Of a stretch of 64,000 nt of DNA, positions 47,301 to 59,300 are shown one piece after another. Source of the DNA: Candidatus Multivoradales bacterium (lineage in GTDB: Bacteria > Acidobacteriota > Thermoanaerobaculia > Multivoradales > JAHEKO01); contig CBDCVR010000013.1 of NCBI GenBank assembly GCA_965223155.1, positions 128,001 through 192,000 on the forward strand, given 5' to 3'. The position numbers and the translations under genes are program-made. The notes beneath the pieces were generated by a model. That model made no database searches. It saw only the letters and a list, made by a program, of their open reading frames with translations, and was not told where the DNA came from. Positions within the stretch are counted from its first letter, which is position 1. The number at the start of each line of letters is the position of its first letter.

Positions 47301-50300
47301 TGTCCTCTCGGTCACCGCCACGGACGAGGCCGGCAACACATCCAGTGTGACGCTTGCTTTCGAGATCGATCTGACGCCGCCGGCGTTTCTTGCCATTCAG
47401 CCATCGGACGGCTCGTTGCTGGGAACCTCCGAGGTCACCCTGACCGGCGAGGTGGAGGGAGCCGAGACGGTAACCGTGGACGGCGCCGCCGCGAGCCTGA
47501 CCGGGACCAGCTTCTCGGCGGGCCCGCTGGCGCTGATCGAGGGCGACAACGTCTTGACTCTGGCCGCCGAAGACGCGGCCGGGAACCGCACCGAGCAGCC
47601 GCATCATCTGGAGAGCGATACGACGCCTCCGACCCTGACCATTGCCACTCCCGGCGATGGCGACGTGGTGGCGGCGACTCCGGTCCCGGTTACCGGCAAT
47701 GCGGAGGACGCCAACCTGACCTCGGTCACCGTCAACGGGCTGGCGGCGACGCTCGGTGCCGGCACCTTCTCGAGATCCGGAGTGCCGCTGACGGAGGGCG
47801 CCAACACCCTCGAGGCCGAGGCCATCGATGCGGCCGGCAACACGACCAGTATCTCGATCGGAGTAACCCTGGATACCGTGCCGCCGGAGATCGTGATTCT
47901 CGAGAGCGGAACGGTGCTAGCCGACGGCTCGCTCTTCCGCAGGACGGTGACTCCGGATGTCGAGGTCACCGACGCCACGGCGACAACCGTCGAAGCGACC
48001 TTGAACGGCCAGCCGTTCGGTGCGGGAGACGAGGTGGCGCGAGAGGGGGTCTTCCAACTCGACGTCACCGCGATCGACGCCGCGGGCAACACTTCGACCG
48101 TGGCTGTTGGCTTCGAGATCGACCTGACTCCGCCGCGCTTTCTGTCCTTCGACCCGCCGGCCGGGTCGGTCGTGGGAGCGAGTCCGGTTGCGATTCAAGG
48201 CGTCGTCGAGGGGGCGACAAGTCTGGTCCTGGATGGAGCCGCCGTGCCGCTTTCCGGCGAGAGCTTCACAACCGCGGCACTGGACCTGGTGGAAGGAAGC
48301 AATACGTTCGCCTTTGTCGCGGCGGACTACGCGGGCAATACCGCAGAAGAGACTCTGACCCTGATCCTGGACACGACCCCGCCGGTGGTTTCGATCGAGG
48401 CGCCGGATGCTGGCGCGCTCCTCGGCTCGAGCGCAGTCGATGTCTCGGGCACGGTGCAGGAGGAGCGCCTGGCGGCGGTGACCGTCAACGGCATCGGGAC
48501 TGCGCTCGCCGGCGATGCGTTTACAGCACTTCAGGTGCCGCTCGCCGAGGGCCAGAACACCCTCACCGCGGTCGGGACCGATGCGGCCGGCAACACCGGC
48601 AGCGCGGCGATCGTGGTCACGGTTGACACCCAGCCGCCGGTGATCCAGATCACCGATCCGGCCGCCGGCACGGTGACCGCGGCGGACCTCGTCCTCGTCT
48701 CCGGTACCGCGGCCGATCCGCATCTCGACCGGGTCGAGATCAACGGCGTGCCCGCACTTCTCACCGGGACGGACTGGACGCTCGAGGTCGCGATCGTCGA
48801 AGGCGCCAACGAGCTGGTAGCGCGAGCTTTCGACGCCCTGGGCCACAGCGCGCAGGACTCGCTGATCGTGACCCGAGACTCGACCGCGCCGGCGGTCGAG
48901 ATCGAATTCCCCGAAGAAGGAGCGCTCTTCCGAGAGTCGCCGCAGCCGGTCTCCGGGTCGGTCGATGATGAGCCCGGGCTGACCCTGACGATCAACGGCC
49001 TCGCGGTCGAGCCGGTTGGCGGAGCCTTTGCGGCGCCGGAGGTGCCTCTGATCGAAGGGGAGAACCGGTTGATCGCCCGTGCCACCGATGCCGCCGGCAA
49101 CGAGGGCGTGCACGCGCGCGTCGTGTACCTGGACACCGTGCCGCCGGAGCTCGAGAGCTCGGATCCGGCCTCAGGCGCTCTGGCGATCGCTCCCGAGACG
49201 CCCTTCCGGCTCGACTTCACCGAAGAGCTGGCCCCGCTGGCTTCGGTACCGGCGGGCGAGCTGCTGCTCCGCTCGGAGGGGGCGGCGCTGGCCTTCTCGA
49301 TCGATGAGCTGGGCGGCCGCCTCGTGGTACGCCCGGACCTCCCGCTGGCGTCGGGCTCGACGGTTGAGCTCGAGGTGACGTCGGCCCTGACCGACCTCGC
49401 GGGCAACCCCTTGGCGAATCCACAGACGCTGACCTTCACGGTGGCGGACGTCGCCGCGCCACCGGCGCCGGTGGTGGATCCGCTGCCGCTGGTCGTCTGC
49501 TCCTCGAGCGCGACCCTCACCGGTGTGTCCGAGGCCGGAATCCGGATCCTGGCCGAAACGGCGGCCGAGACCCGGGAAACCGTGGCCGACGAGACGGGAC
49601 TCTTCTCGCTGACGATCACGCTCGTTCCCGATGCCGGCAACCTGATCACGGTGAGCGCACGAGACGCCGCCGGCAATCGCTCGGGCAGCGTCCAGGTGTC
49701 GGTCCGCCAGGATTGCCGGGCTCCGGTCGTCGTGGCCGCGAGGCGCCTGGCCGACGAGTTCCACGCCGACCTGAGCGAGCCGATCGATCCGGCGACCGCC
49801 GAGGGCGCCGTGACTTTGACCGCCGGATCGGGTGCTCTCGCCGGCACGACCGCCACGAGCGGCGACGGCCTGACCCTGACATTCACGCCGGCCGCGGCCG
49901 TTCCGGCCGAACCGGTGCGGCTGGAGGTATCCCAAGCGGTACAAGACCTGGCGGGCAATCCGCTCGCCTATCCCTTCTCGAAGCTCTTTGGCGGCAGTGA
50001 AGAGCCGACGTTCGTGACCGGAACCGTGATCGACGACGCCACCGGCAGGCCGCTCGAGGGCGCGCAGGTAACGATCGTGGCGACGGATGGCGTGGCCGGC
50101 GCCGACCCGCTGCCTCAACAAACCACCTCTCCGGACGGCCGGTTCTCGATTCCCCTGCCGGTCGGAACCCATACCGTCCTGACGGCTCGAGCGGGCTACA
50201 CGCCGGTCTTCCGGGCCGCGACCACGGTCTCGGGCCTGGGCCACGATCTCTTCGATCCACGGCCCACGCCGGCTGCCGCCCCTCAAGTGCTGGGCGCCGG

Positions 50301-53300
50301 GGGCGGAACCTTCGCCGGCGGCGACGGACTGTCGATGAGCGTGCCGGCGGGCGCTCTAACCGGAGATGCCGAGGTGCGGGTGACGGCCCTGTCCGAACAG
50401 GGAGTGCCCGCGCTTCTGCCGTACGGGTGGACGCCCCGAGGCGCGGCCTGGGTGGACTTCGGCGGCGTCGTCCCGGTTGCCCCGGCGACCGTGACCCTGC
50501 CGGTCGAGAGCGCCGACGGTGTGCTCCTGGCGGTGGCCGCGCTGGATGCGGCGACCCTGCAATGGCGGACGCTACGGCTCGAGGCCGTCGCCGATGGCGC
50601 GGTCCAGTTCGCGGTCACGGGTGACGGAGGATTCGCAGCGGTCGAGGCCGACGCTGGGTCCCTGGCCCCGCCGCCGGCCGAGCCCGGGCTCGTTCTGGGA
50701 TCCGCCGCGGCGCCGGTTGCCACCGACGTCGCCGGCGCCGCGCTGGCCTTCTCCCCGGAGATCGTGCTGCCGGCGCAAACGAGCCTTGCCACCACGGTCT
50801 ACACCCTGGACGCGGAGGTTCCGTCCGGGCTGCCACTGACGCTCTTCGTGCGCGAAGAGCTCGAGCTCCTGGACGGCAGCTCGCGGGTCGAGGCTCCGTA
50901 CGAGGCGGATCTGGTCGTGTACCGGGATCCTCAGGGCGGCGCGCGCTCCCGCTTCCGGTTGAGACCGTCACGCGCCGCGCGGACTCTGCCGATTCAGCTC
51001 GGCCACGACGACGTGAGCGTTCGCCTGTTCGCGGGCGAGACCGTTCGCGGCAACGTTCTCGGACCGGCCGGCGGGGTCGTGACGAATGACGAGGGCGATA
51101 CCGTCTCGGTGCCCGCGGGCGCCTTCGACGAGCCCACCGCCGTGGTTCTCTCGCGCGCCGCGGCCGAGGCTCTGCCCCTGCCGTTGCCGGTGCCGGGCAC
51201 GGTTCACGGAATTCTGGAGCTGGATCTGGCCGGCGCCGTCTTGCCCGCGACGGCCGATCTGTCGTTTGCCACCGACCCGGCCCCGGCCGCCGGTTCGACC
51301 GCTCTTCTTCTGCAGGCGATCGATCTCGAGGCCTTCGGCGCACTGACCCAGAGCTCGGCCTTCCGGGCCGTGGCCGAGCTCGAGGCGACGGCTGGGGGCT
51401 GGGCGACTCGCGCGATCGATCCCGCGGACCTGGACTGGCCCGGCGTCCGCTCCGGAGGTCTCTACCTGGCCTACAGCCCGCCGGGCGACGGTGGGTATTT
51501 CCGGGGCACGGTGTACGACGTCGGCGGCGGCAACATCGTCGCCGATGCCCTGGTCTCCGGAGCCGGTCTCGACTGGGTGCAACTGAGCGGTCCCGCGGGC
51601 TCGTACGTCCTGCCCGCGCCGGTCCTGGCCGAGCCGGAGACCCTCGAGGTTGCGGCCGAGGACCTGGGCACCGGAAGCCGGGTGGCGCTGCCGGCCGCGA
51701 TTCGGGCCGCCGCCGAGCGAGTCGATCTGGATCTCACGCTCGCGGTCGTCGCACCGGCCGTTCTGGCGATCGCTCCCGCGGATGGGACCACCGGAGTCCC
51801 TGCGGGCATCGAGCCCACGGTCTCGTTCTCGGAGCCTGTGGATCCGGCGAGCCTCGCCGCCGGCATTCGGCTGCTCGAGGGCGGAACTCCCGTGGATCTT
51901 TCGTTCGCGGTCGAGGGCTCCCTGGTCCGCGTCCTGCCGGCGGCGACTCTCATGCCCGGAACCGGCTACGAGCTCCAGGTGGGAACCGCGGTCACCGACC
52001 TTCAGGGTTTCCCGCTCGTGGCTCCGGCCTCGGCGAGCTTTACCACCCTCGAGGTCCTGGTCAACGAAGACGTGGATCTGACCCGGATTCTCTTGATCGA
52101 GCCGGACGCGGCGGGCATGGCTCGGGTGGTCGCGGGTCCGGGAGCGGTCCCGGCCGGCGCTCTCGTCTTTGTCGAGAACACCACGGCGCTGGTGGACACT
52201 CCGTCTCTCGAGGCCGCGACCGACGGCAGCTTCGAGACCGAGATTCAAGCCGAGCTCACCGACCGGCTGCTGTTGCACGTCTTGATCGAGGGCTCGAACG
52301 AGCTCATCCTGTGGCTGACCCCGTTCCGGACCAGCGATCTCAAAGGTGCCTACGTGGGCCCGGAGGCGGTCCGCTACGTGACCGGCGACGGCATCATCGT
52401 GACCGTGGAAGAAGGGACCTTCGACGAGCCTGCCGAGGTCCGCGTCGAGCCGGTACCGGTCGAGAACGCGACCGCTCCGGCTCCTCGCGATTTTGCGATC
52501 GTCGCGGGTCTGCACGTGGACTTCGGGGGTGCCAGGGCCAAGAAGGGGCTGCGGGTGAGCCTGCCGGCTCCGGAGGACGCTCCGGATGCGATCTACCTCC
52601 TCTCCCGGGTGATCCGGATCTTCGAGGGCAAGCGCTGGCAGATGGACGACATCGTGCGCCTCGAAGACGGCCGCCTCACCACCGAGGATCCGCCGGAGGA
52701 AGGCGAGCAGCAGGCGAGCGGCCTTGGCGACGCCGCCACCCGGATGGCTGCCCGGACCGGTCCTCCGATCGGCTCGCCGGCCGCGGCCAGACCCACCTAC
52801 GCCCAGCCACCGCGCTACTTCGACCTCATGATCCGTCCGGCCAGCCACGAGCCGGACCCGCCCATTCCGCACGAGGCCTTGCCGGGCATGTGGTCGCCGT
52901 CCACGGGGCGGGACTACTTCATCAACCTGCCCTCGGCGGCCTTGGACTTCACCCTGGTGCCCACCTTCGGCGCGGTGTCCTTCTCGATCCTTCCGGACTG
53001 GGACTACGCGGCCATGATCGCGGGTGGAGTGCGGGGCCTGGTCGAGGGAATGCTCGCGATTCCGCACCGCCGCGGCGAGCCCTTCCAGATGGAGGTGCGC
53101 GATCTCGCCACCGGCTACCTCCTGTTCTCGGACACCTTCGACAGCCCACCCGATCCGGGCGAGCTCCAGGAGCTGCAGCCCGATCTGACCCTTGGGGACT
53201 CGAAGGCGCCTTCGGTGGTGTCCGCTTCGTCCCCGATTGCGCTGGTACCCCTGAGTGTGGGCCAGCCCGACGGCTTGGTGCGGCCTGGTATCCAGGTCGA

Positions 53301-56300
53301 GAGCGGTTCCGCGGACCCGTCCGCGCCCGTGGGCAGCCAGAAGCTGACCGTGACCGGTGCTCCGGGAGCGGCCCAGGCTGAGGTGCGCGTCCGCCTGGTC
53401 CGGCTCGGCGGCGGCGAAGCCGCCTTGACCACCACCGGCGGCGACGGCTCGTTTGCCTTGAGTGTTACCGGGCAGGTCGGGGAGGGCTTCATCCTTGCGA
53501 TCGGCGCCACGGTGCTCAACGACGCCAGCTTCGAGATCGAGTTCACCGAGGCCATGAGCGACGATCTGAGCGCTATTCGAGTCCTCGGCGCCGGCGACGT
53601 GGACGCCGCCGCGAAGGTGGATCCGGTCGGCACCCGCGAACGCGTTCAGGTGCGGCCGAGCACCGGCTGGCGGGCGGGTGAGAGGTACAAGCTGGTCCTG
53701 GGTCCCGGCCTCGCGGACACCGCCGGCAACGCCTGGAACACGACGGTCGAGGTCGATTTCGCAGTCGAGCAGGCCCGTCAGCTAGGCGGCTATCAGCACG
53801 ACTGGGTGCAATCGACCGCGCGTGTGGGGAACCTCCTGTTTCTGGCGGGTGGCGACCTGACCATCGTCGACGCCAGCGATCCGGCCCAGCTCGTCGACTA
53901 CATTCCTGGCGGCCATCCGCTCCGGACGCCGGGACTGACGCGCGGCATCGCCGTCGATCCGCACCGGCGGCTGGTGATCGCGAGTGGTGGCGACGGTCTC
54001 AGGGTCGGCTTCCTCCACATCATCGATCCGCTCGAGATCGATCCCGCTCGCGACGGCGCCGATCCTCAGGGATTCAGCACCGCCGTGCGGGGCACGCCGC
54101 GCGTGTATCACCCGGCGGTCAAGGGCGGGACGGTCGTGTCCAATTCGAGCGGGCTGTTCTCGAGCGTGCCCGACGGGCAGCCACGGCGCCTGGACATCTT
54201 GTCGAATGACGACGTGGATGAGTGGGTCCTGGGCGAGCAGGCTCCGGCCGGCGTCACCGTGAGCTTCGATCCCGCCGCCGACGGCACCGGGACCGCCACG
54301 ATCGTGGGCCTGGGAGGCAGCCCGGGTCTGCCGGTGACCCTCGAGGATGTTCAGTTCGGCCGCTGGGACCGAGTCGATGCCGGTCTCGACGGATCGTTCA
54401 CGCTCGCGGTCTCGGCCCGGAGCGGTTCGCTCCTGCGCTTGCTCAAGAACCGGCAGTCGATCGCCTACGTCGCTATCAGCGGCGGCGGGGTGGGAGTCGT
54501 GGACGTCAACGGCTTCTACAACGAGGACCCGGAAAACGACAACAACGACAGCCAGCTTCTGAATACCTTCGACGGCCGCGGAGCCGGCATCACGTTCTGC
54601 AACGAGATCGCGCCCGACACGACCAGGGCGTCGAACGTGGTGGTGATGAGCGAGCCGGACAACCACGTGCCGCTGGCGATTCCGTCCAGCATCACGAGTC
54701 ACGGGGTCATGATCTTGTCGGCGCCCCCGTCGGCCCCCTCCGCCGTCCAGCCCCTGGCCAGGACCATTTGCGGCGGCGACGGTGACGGACTGCTGGACCG
54801 GATCGCGGTCGGCCTCGAAGCGCTGATCGACTTCCCGTTCGATCTGAACGGCAACGGACGCTTCGACCCGGCCGAGAAGGAACGCGATTACCTTGTCGTC
54901 GGCCATCTGCGCGGCAAGGTCACGGTCTGGGACGTCACCGAGCGCTCGGCGCCGGCCCAGGTAGCGTCGTTCTCGATCCCGGGCGGGGCCATTCAGGTCG
55001 CCGTGGATCGCGCCTCGCGCCGGATCTACGCCGCCGGATACGGCGGCGGCGTCTGGGTCTTCGACCTCGGTCTGGCGCCGGTCAACGGCCTCGTGGACGC
55101 CGATGGCGATGGACTGGACGACCGCATCCTGGAGCAGATCGAGGGCGACGGCAACACCAAGAACGTCCTGCTCCTGCCCGACCTGGGCCTCATCTACATG
55201 TCGGGTCTGGGGCGAGACGCCCGCGGCGCCACGGTCAGCCGTCCGCTTTTGGCGGCCGTGGCGGCCGACGGAGCCGGTGGCTTCCGCCGGATCGAGCGCC
55301 TGGCGCCCTACGGCGTGCCGACGGTCGAAGACGGCGTCGCCCCGGATCTGGTGGAGCGGACCGGCACCTTCCGCCTGCTGGCCACCTTTCCGAACTACCC
55401 GGCCGACGAGCTCAAGCTGGACGTCACGAGCCTGGGTCCGGGCGGGGTGCCGATCGCGGGCGCGGGCGATCCCGAGGCGGTCGCCGGCTTGCCGGCGGTG
55501 GCCCTTGCCGGAGACGACGGGGTGGTCTTGACGCGCCAGTCGGCGAACCCGATCGAGGAGGCCTACAACGTCTTCCTGTCCGAGGAGATCAAGGTCGTGG
55601 CCGATCTGCGGGCGGCCCGTGACTATCAGTTGACCGATGTCGAGCGCGAGATCTGCACGCGCTGCGAACCGGAGGCCGAGGGCGAGGTTTCGGACACGGC
55701 CCGCGAGCTCCTGTCGGGACACCGGGTGGCGGTCCGGATTCCGGACACCGTGCGCGCAGCGCTGTCCGCGATCTACTCCGATGCCCGGCTGGATGCCTCG
55801 GAGCTCGAGCTTGCAAGCGTGCCCTGGGAACTGTCGCCGGCCGCGCGCCAGGAACCGACCCTGAACCCCAGCTACGGGCGGGGCGAGGCAGCGCCGGGAA
55901 CGCTCTTGCACTCGGGCGAGGTCTCGCACGCGGTGACCGATCTCGCGGTCCGGAGCAGGGGTCTCGACTTCGCCTTTACCCGGACGTACCGTTCGCAGAC
56001 GGTGGGGTCTGGACCACTGGGCCCGGGCTGGGATCACGGCTACCGGAAGCGGTTGCGCGAGTTGCCGAACGGCGACGTCGAGTACTTCGACGGCCGCGGC
56101 CGGCGCGAGCTGTTCACGAGAAACGCCGCCGGCGATGGCGATGGCGCGTCCGAGTTCGATCCGGCGCCGGGCCGGTTCGCGGAGCTCAAGCGCACGGCCA
56201 CCGGCTGGCTCTTGATCGACGCCCGGCGCAACATCGCGACCTTCGATCGCTTCGGGCGGCTCGAGAAGCTGGCGGACCCGGCCAAGGAGTCTGAGACGAC

Positions 56301-59300
56301 GGGCAACGAGATGGCCTTCGAGTACGACGCGGCGTCGAACCTGATCCGGATCGTGGACACCCTCGGCCGCGAGTACCTCTTCGACTACGACGCCGCCGGG
56401 CGCCTGATCTCGATCACGGACTTCGACGGCCGGGAAGTGCGCTACGAGTACGACGGTCCGACTGGCTCGACTGGCTCGGGCGCCCGCCTGATCCGTGTCT
56501 CCTCGCCGGAGATTTCGGTCGGCGAGGCGCCGCTGGGCCGGCTGGTGACCGAGTGCGTCTACGAGAGTCCGGCCGGAGGCGGCCTGGCCGTGAATCTCAA
56601 TGCCCGAGACAACATGACGGCTCTGATCGACGCGCGGGGCACGAGCTGGCTCGAGCACAGCTACCAGGACGAGGACGGGGATGGGCGCTCGGACGAGGTA
56701 GCGGGGCAGATCTGGGGCGGTGAGAGCCTGTCGCTCGACTACGCGTTCGCGTCGGCCGGTTCGAGCGCCGGCACGGTGACGACGGTGACCGATCGGCGGG
56801 GCAACCCGTCAACGACGACGCATGACGCCGACGGGCACGCGACGAGCCACACCGACCAGGCGTCCCACACGTGGACGACCGAGTACGACTCGGAAGGGCT
56901 GGTGACGCTCGAGGCTCAGCCGCTGGGACGGACGACCGAGTACCTCTACGACACGGACACGGGCTTGCGCTCGCGGGGCAACGCGGTGCGGATCACGGTG
57001 ACTCCGGACGGCCGGGGCGCCAACGGCGCGACGCCGTCGCTGGTGACGACCGTGGAGTACGACCTGCCGACCAACCAGCCGGTCGAGATCGTGGATCCGC
57101 GGGGCTCGGTAACCGAGATCACGCGGGCGCTGACGGGTCTTCCGAGCCGGGTGACGCGGGCGTCGGGCGCGACCGAGGCTTCGACGACCGAGTACGCCTA
57201 CAACGACTACGGCCAGGTGACGCGGGCCACGAACCCGAACGGCAATGTGACCGAGTACTCGTACTTTGCGAGCGGTCCGAGCCTTGGCTACCTCCAGCAG
57301 ACGGTGACGGCTCCGGGCGTGCTGGATCTAGCCACCCGGTACACGACCGACGCCCGGGGCAACGTCACGGCGGTGACGGATCCGCGGGGAGTACGACACA
57401 CGACGGTCTACAACGAGCTCGACTGGCGGGTGGCCTCGACCCAGGCGGCGTCGGGGGCGTCGTCCACGCCGGCCCTGGGCTATACCTCGAGCTACCTCTA
57501 CGACGCCAACGGCAATCTCGTAACCGAGCGGCAGCCGTTCGGGGAGACGGGCTCGGCGGCGACCGAGACCCGGTACACCTACGGTGCCTTGAGCGAGCTG
57601 GTGACGACGACGCGGGAGATCGAAGCGGGCGGCGCCGTCACCGTCGAGAGGCGGGCCTACGACGCCAACTACAACCTGGAGTCGGTGATCCACCCGGAGG
57701 GGAACGAGACCCGCAACGTCTACGGTCCGCGCAACCTCCTCCTCTCGACGACGCGAGGCTTCGGCTCGCCGGAGGCGGTCGTTGACTCCTATGTCTACAA
57801 CGCCGACCGCGAGCGGACGGCCTACACCAACGGGCGCTTGCAGAGCTTTGCGACCGAGTACGACGGCTACGGGCGGGTGGCTCGGGTGGTGGACCCCCTG
57901 GGCAACGCGACGGTGTCGAAGTACGACGCCAACGGCAACGTGGTCGAGTCCGAGCACTACGACCCGGCGGGGACGCTCCTGGCGGAGTCGGCCGGCGAGT
58001 ACGACCTTCTGAACCGGAAGACGGCGAGCCTCGAGGCCCTCTTCGACGCCGGGGATCCTACGACCGAAGGGATCCTGCGCTCGGAGACCGTCTACGATGC
58101 GGCCTCGAACGTGCGCCAGACGACCGACGCTCTGGGCCGGACGACGGTGTCGCGCTACGACGAGGCCGAGCGTCTGGTCGAGACCATCGACCCGGCCGGC
58201 AACCGGCTGGTGCGCACCCTCGACGCCAACGGCAACGCCACCCTGACGGAGTCGGTCGAGACGACCCCGGACGGCGGCACGGTGACGGTTCCGTACCAGA
58301 CGGCCTACGACGCGCTCAACCGGCCGGTCTCGCGCACCGACGCTTTGGGGAACGTGACCCGGACGGCCTACGACGCGCGCTCGAACGCGATCCGGCAAAC
58401 GGACGCCGAAGGGCACGTGACGGCGTCGTTCTACGATGGTCTCGACCGGCGGATCCGGGCGGTGCGTCCGGAGGGGATCTCGATCGAGTCCGCCTTTGAC
58501 GGCAACTCCCGGCTGACCCGGTACCGGGACGCTCGGGGCAACGAGACGAGCTGGACCTACGATGCCCTGGACCGGAAGGCGACGACGACCTATCCGGACC
58601 AGACGTCCGAGAGCTACGCCTACGACGGCGCCGGCAACGTGACCCAGGTTGCCGACGCCAACGGCTCGACCGTGACCCAGACCTACGACGCGGCGAACCG
58701 GCTGACGGCACGCTCGGTGGCGGCGGGTCCGGGCATCGAAGGCATCACGACCGAGACCTACGGCTACGACGGCCTGTCCCGGGTGGTGACGTCCGAGTCC
58801 CCGGCGGCGGTGACGAGCTTTGCCTACGACTCGCTGTCGCGGATGACCTCGGAATCGCGTGCGGTCGGCGGCGGCTCCGGCTCGACCGCTAAGATCGTCT
58901 CCTACGCCCACGACCGGGTGGGCTCGGTGACCCGTGCCACCTACCCGTCGGGGCACGAGGCGGCCCGGACGTTCGATCCGCTGGATCGGCCGCTGGGGGT
59001 CCAGGCGGGAACGGCTGGAGCGGGGAGCCAGGCCGTCTCCTACGGCTACAGGGGCCCGGACCTGGTCCAGACCAAGGCCCTGGGCAACGGCGTTGCGGGC
59101 GAGATGGCCTTCGACGGGGCGAAGCGAGTGGTGGGCACCTCGTACAGCCGGCCTGGCTCCAGTGGTTCGAGTGGCTCCAGCGGCGGCTCCGGTACGGCCT
59201 TCTCGGAGACGATCGCCTGGAGCCCGCGGCATCTCAAGGTCGAGACCACCCGGGCGGACCTGGGCGGGCGCGGGCTCCTGCTGGCCTACGACGGGGCGGG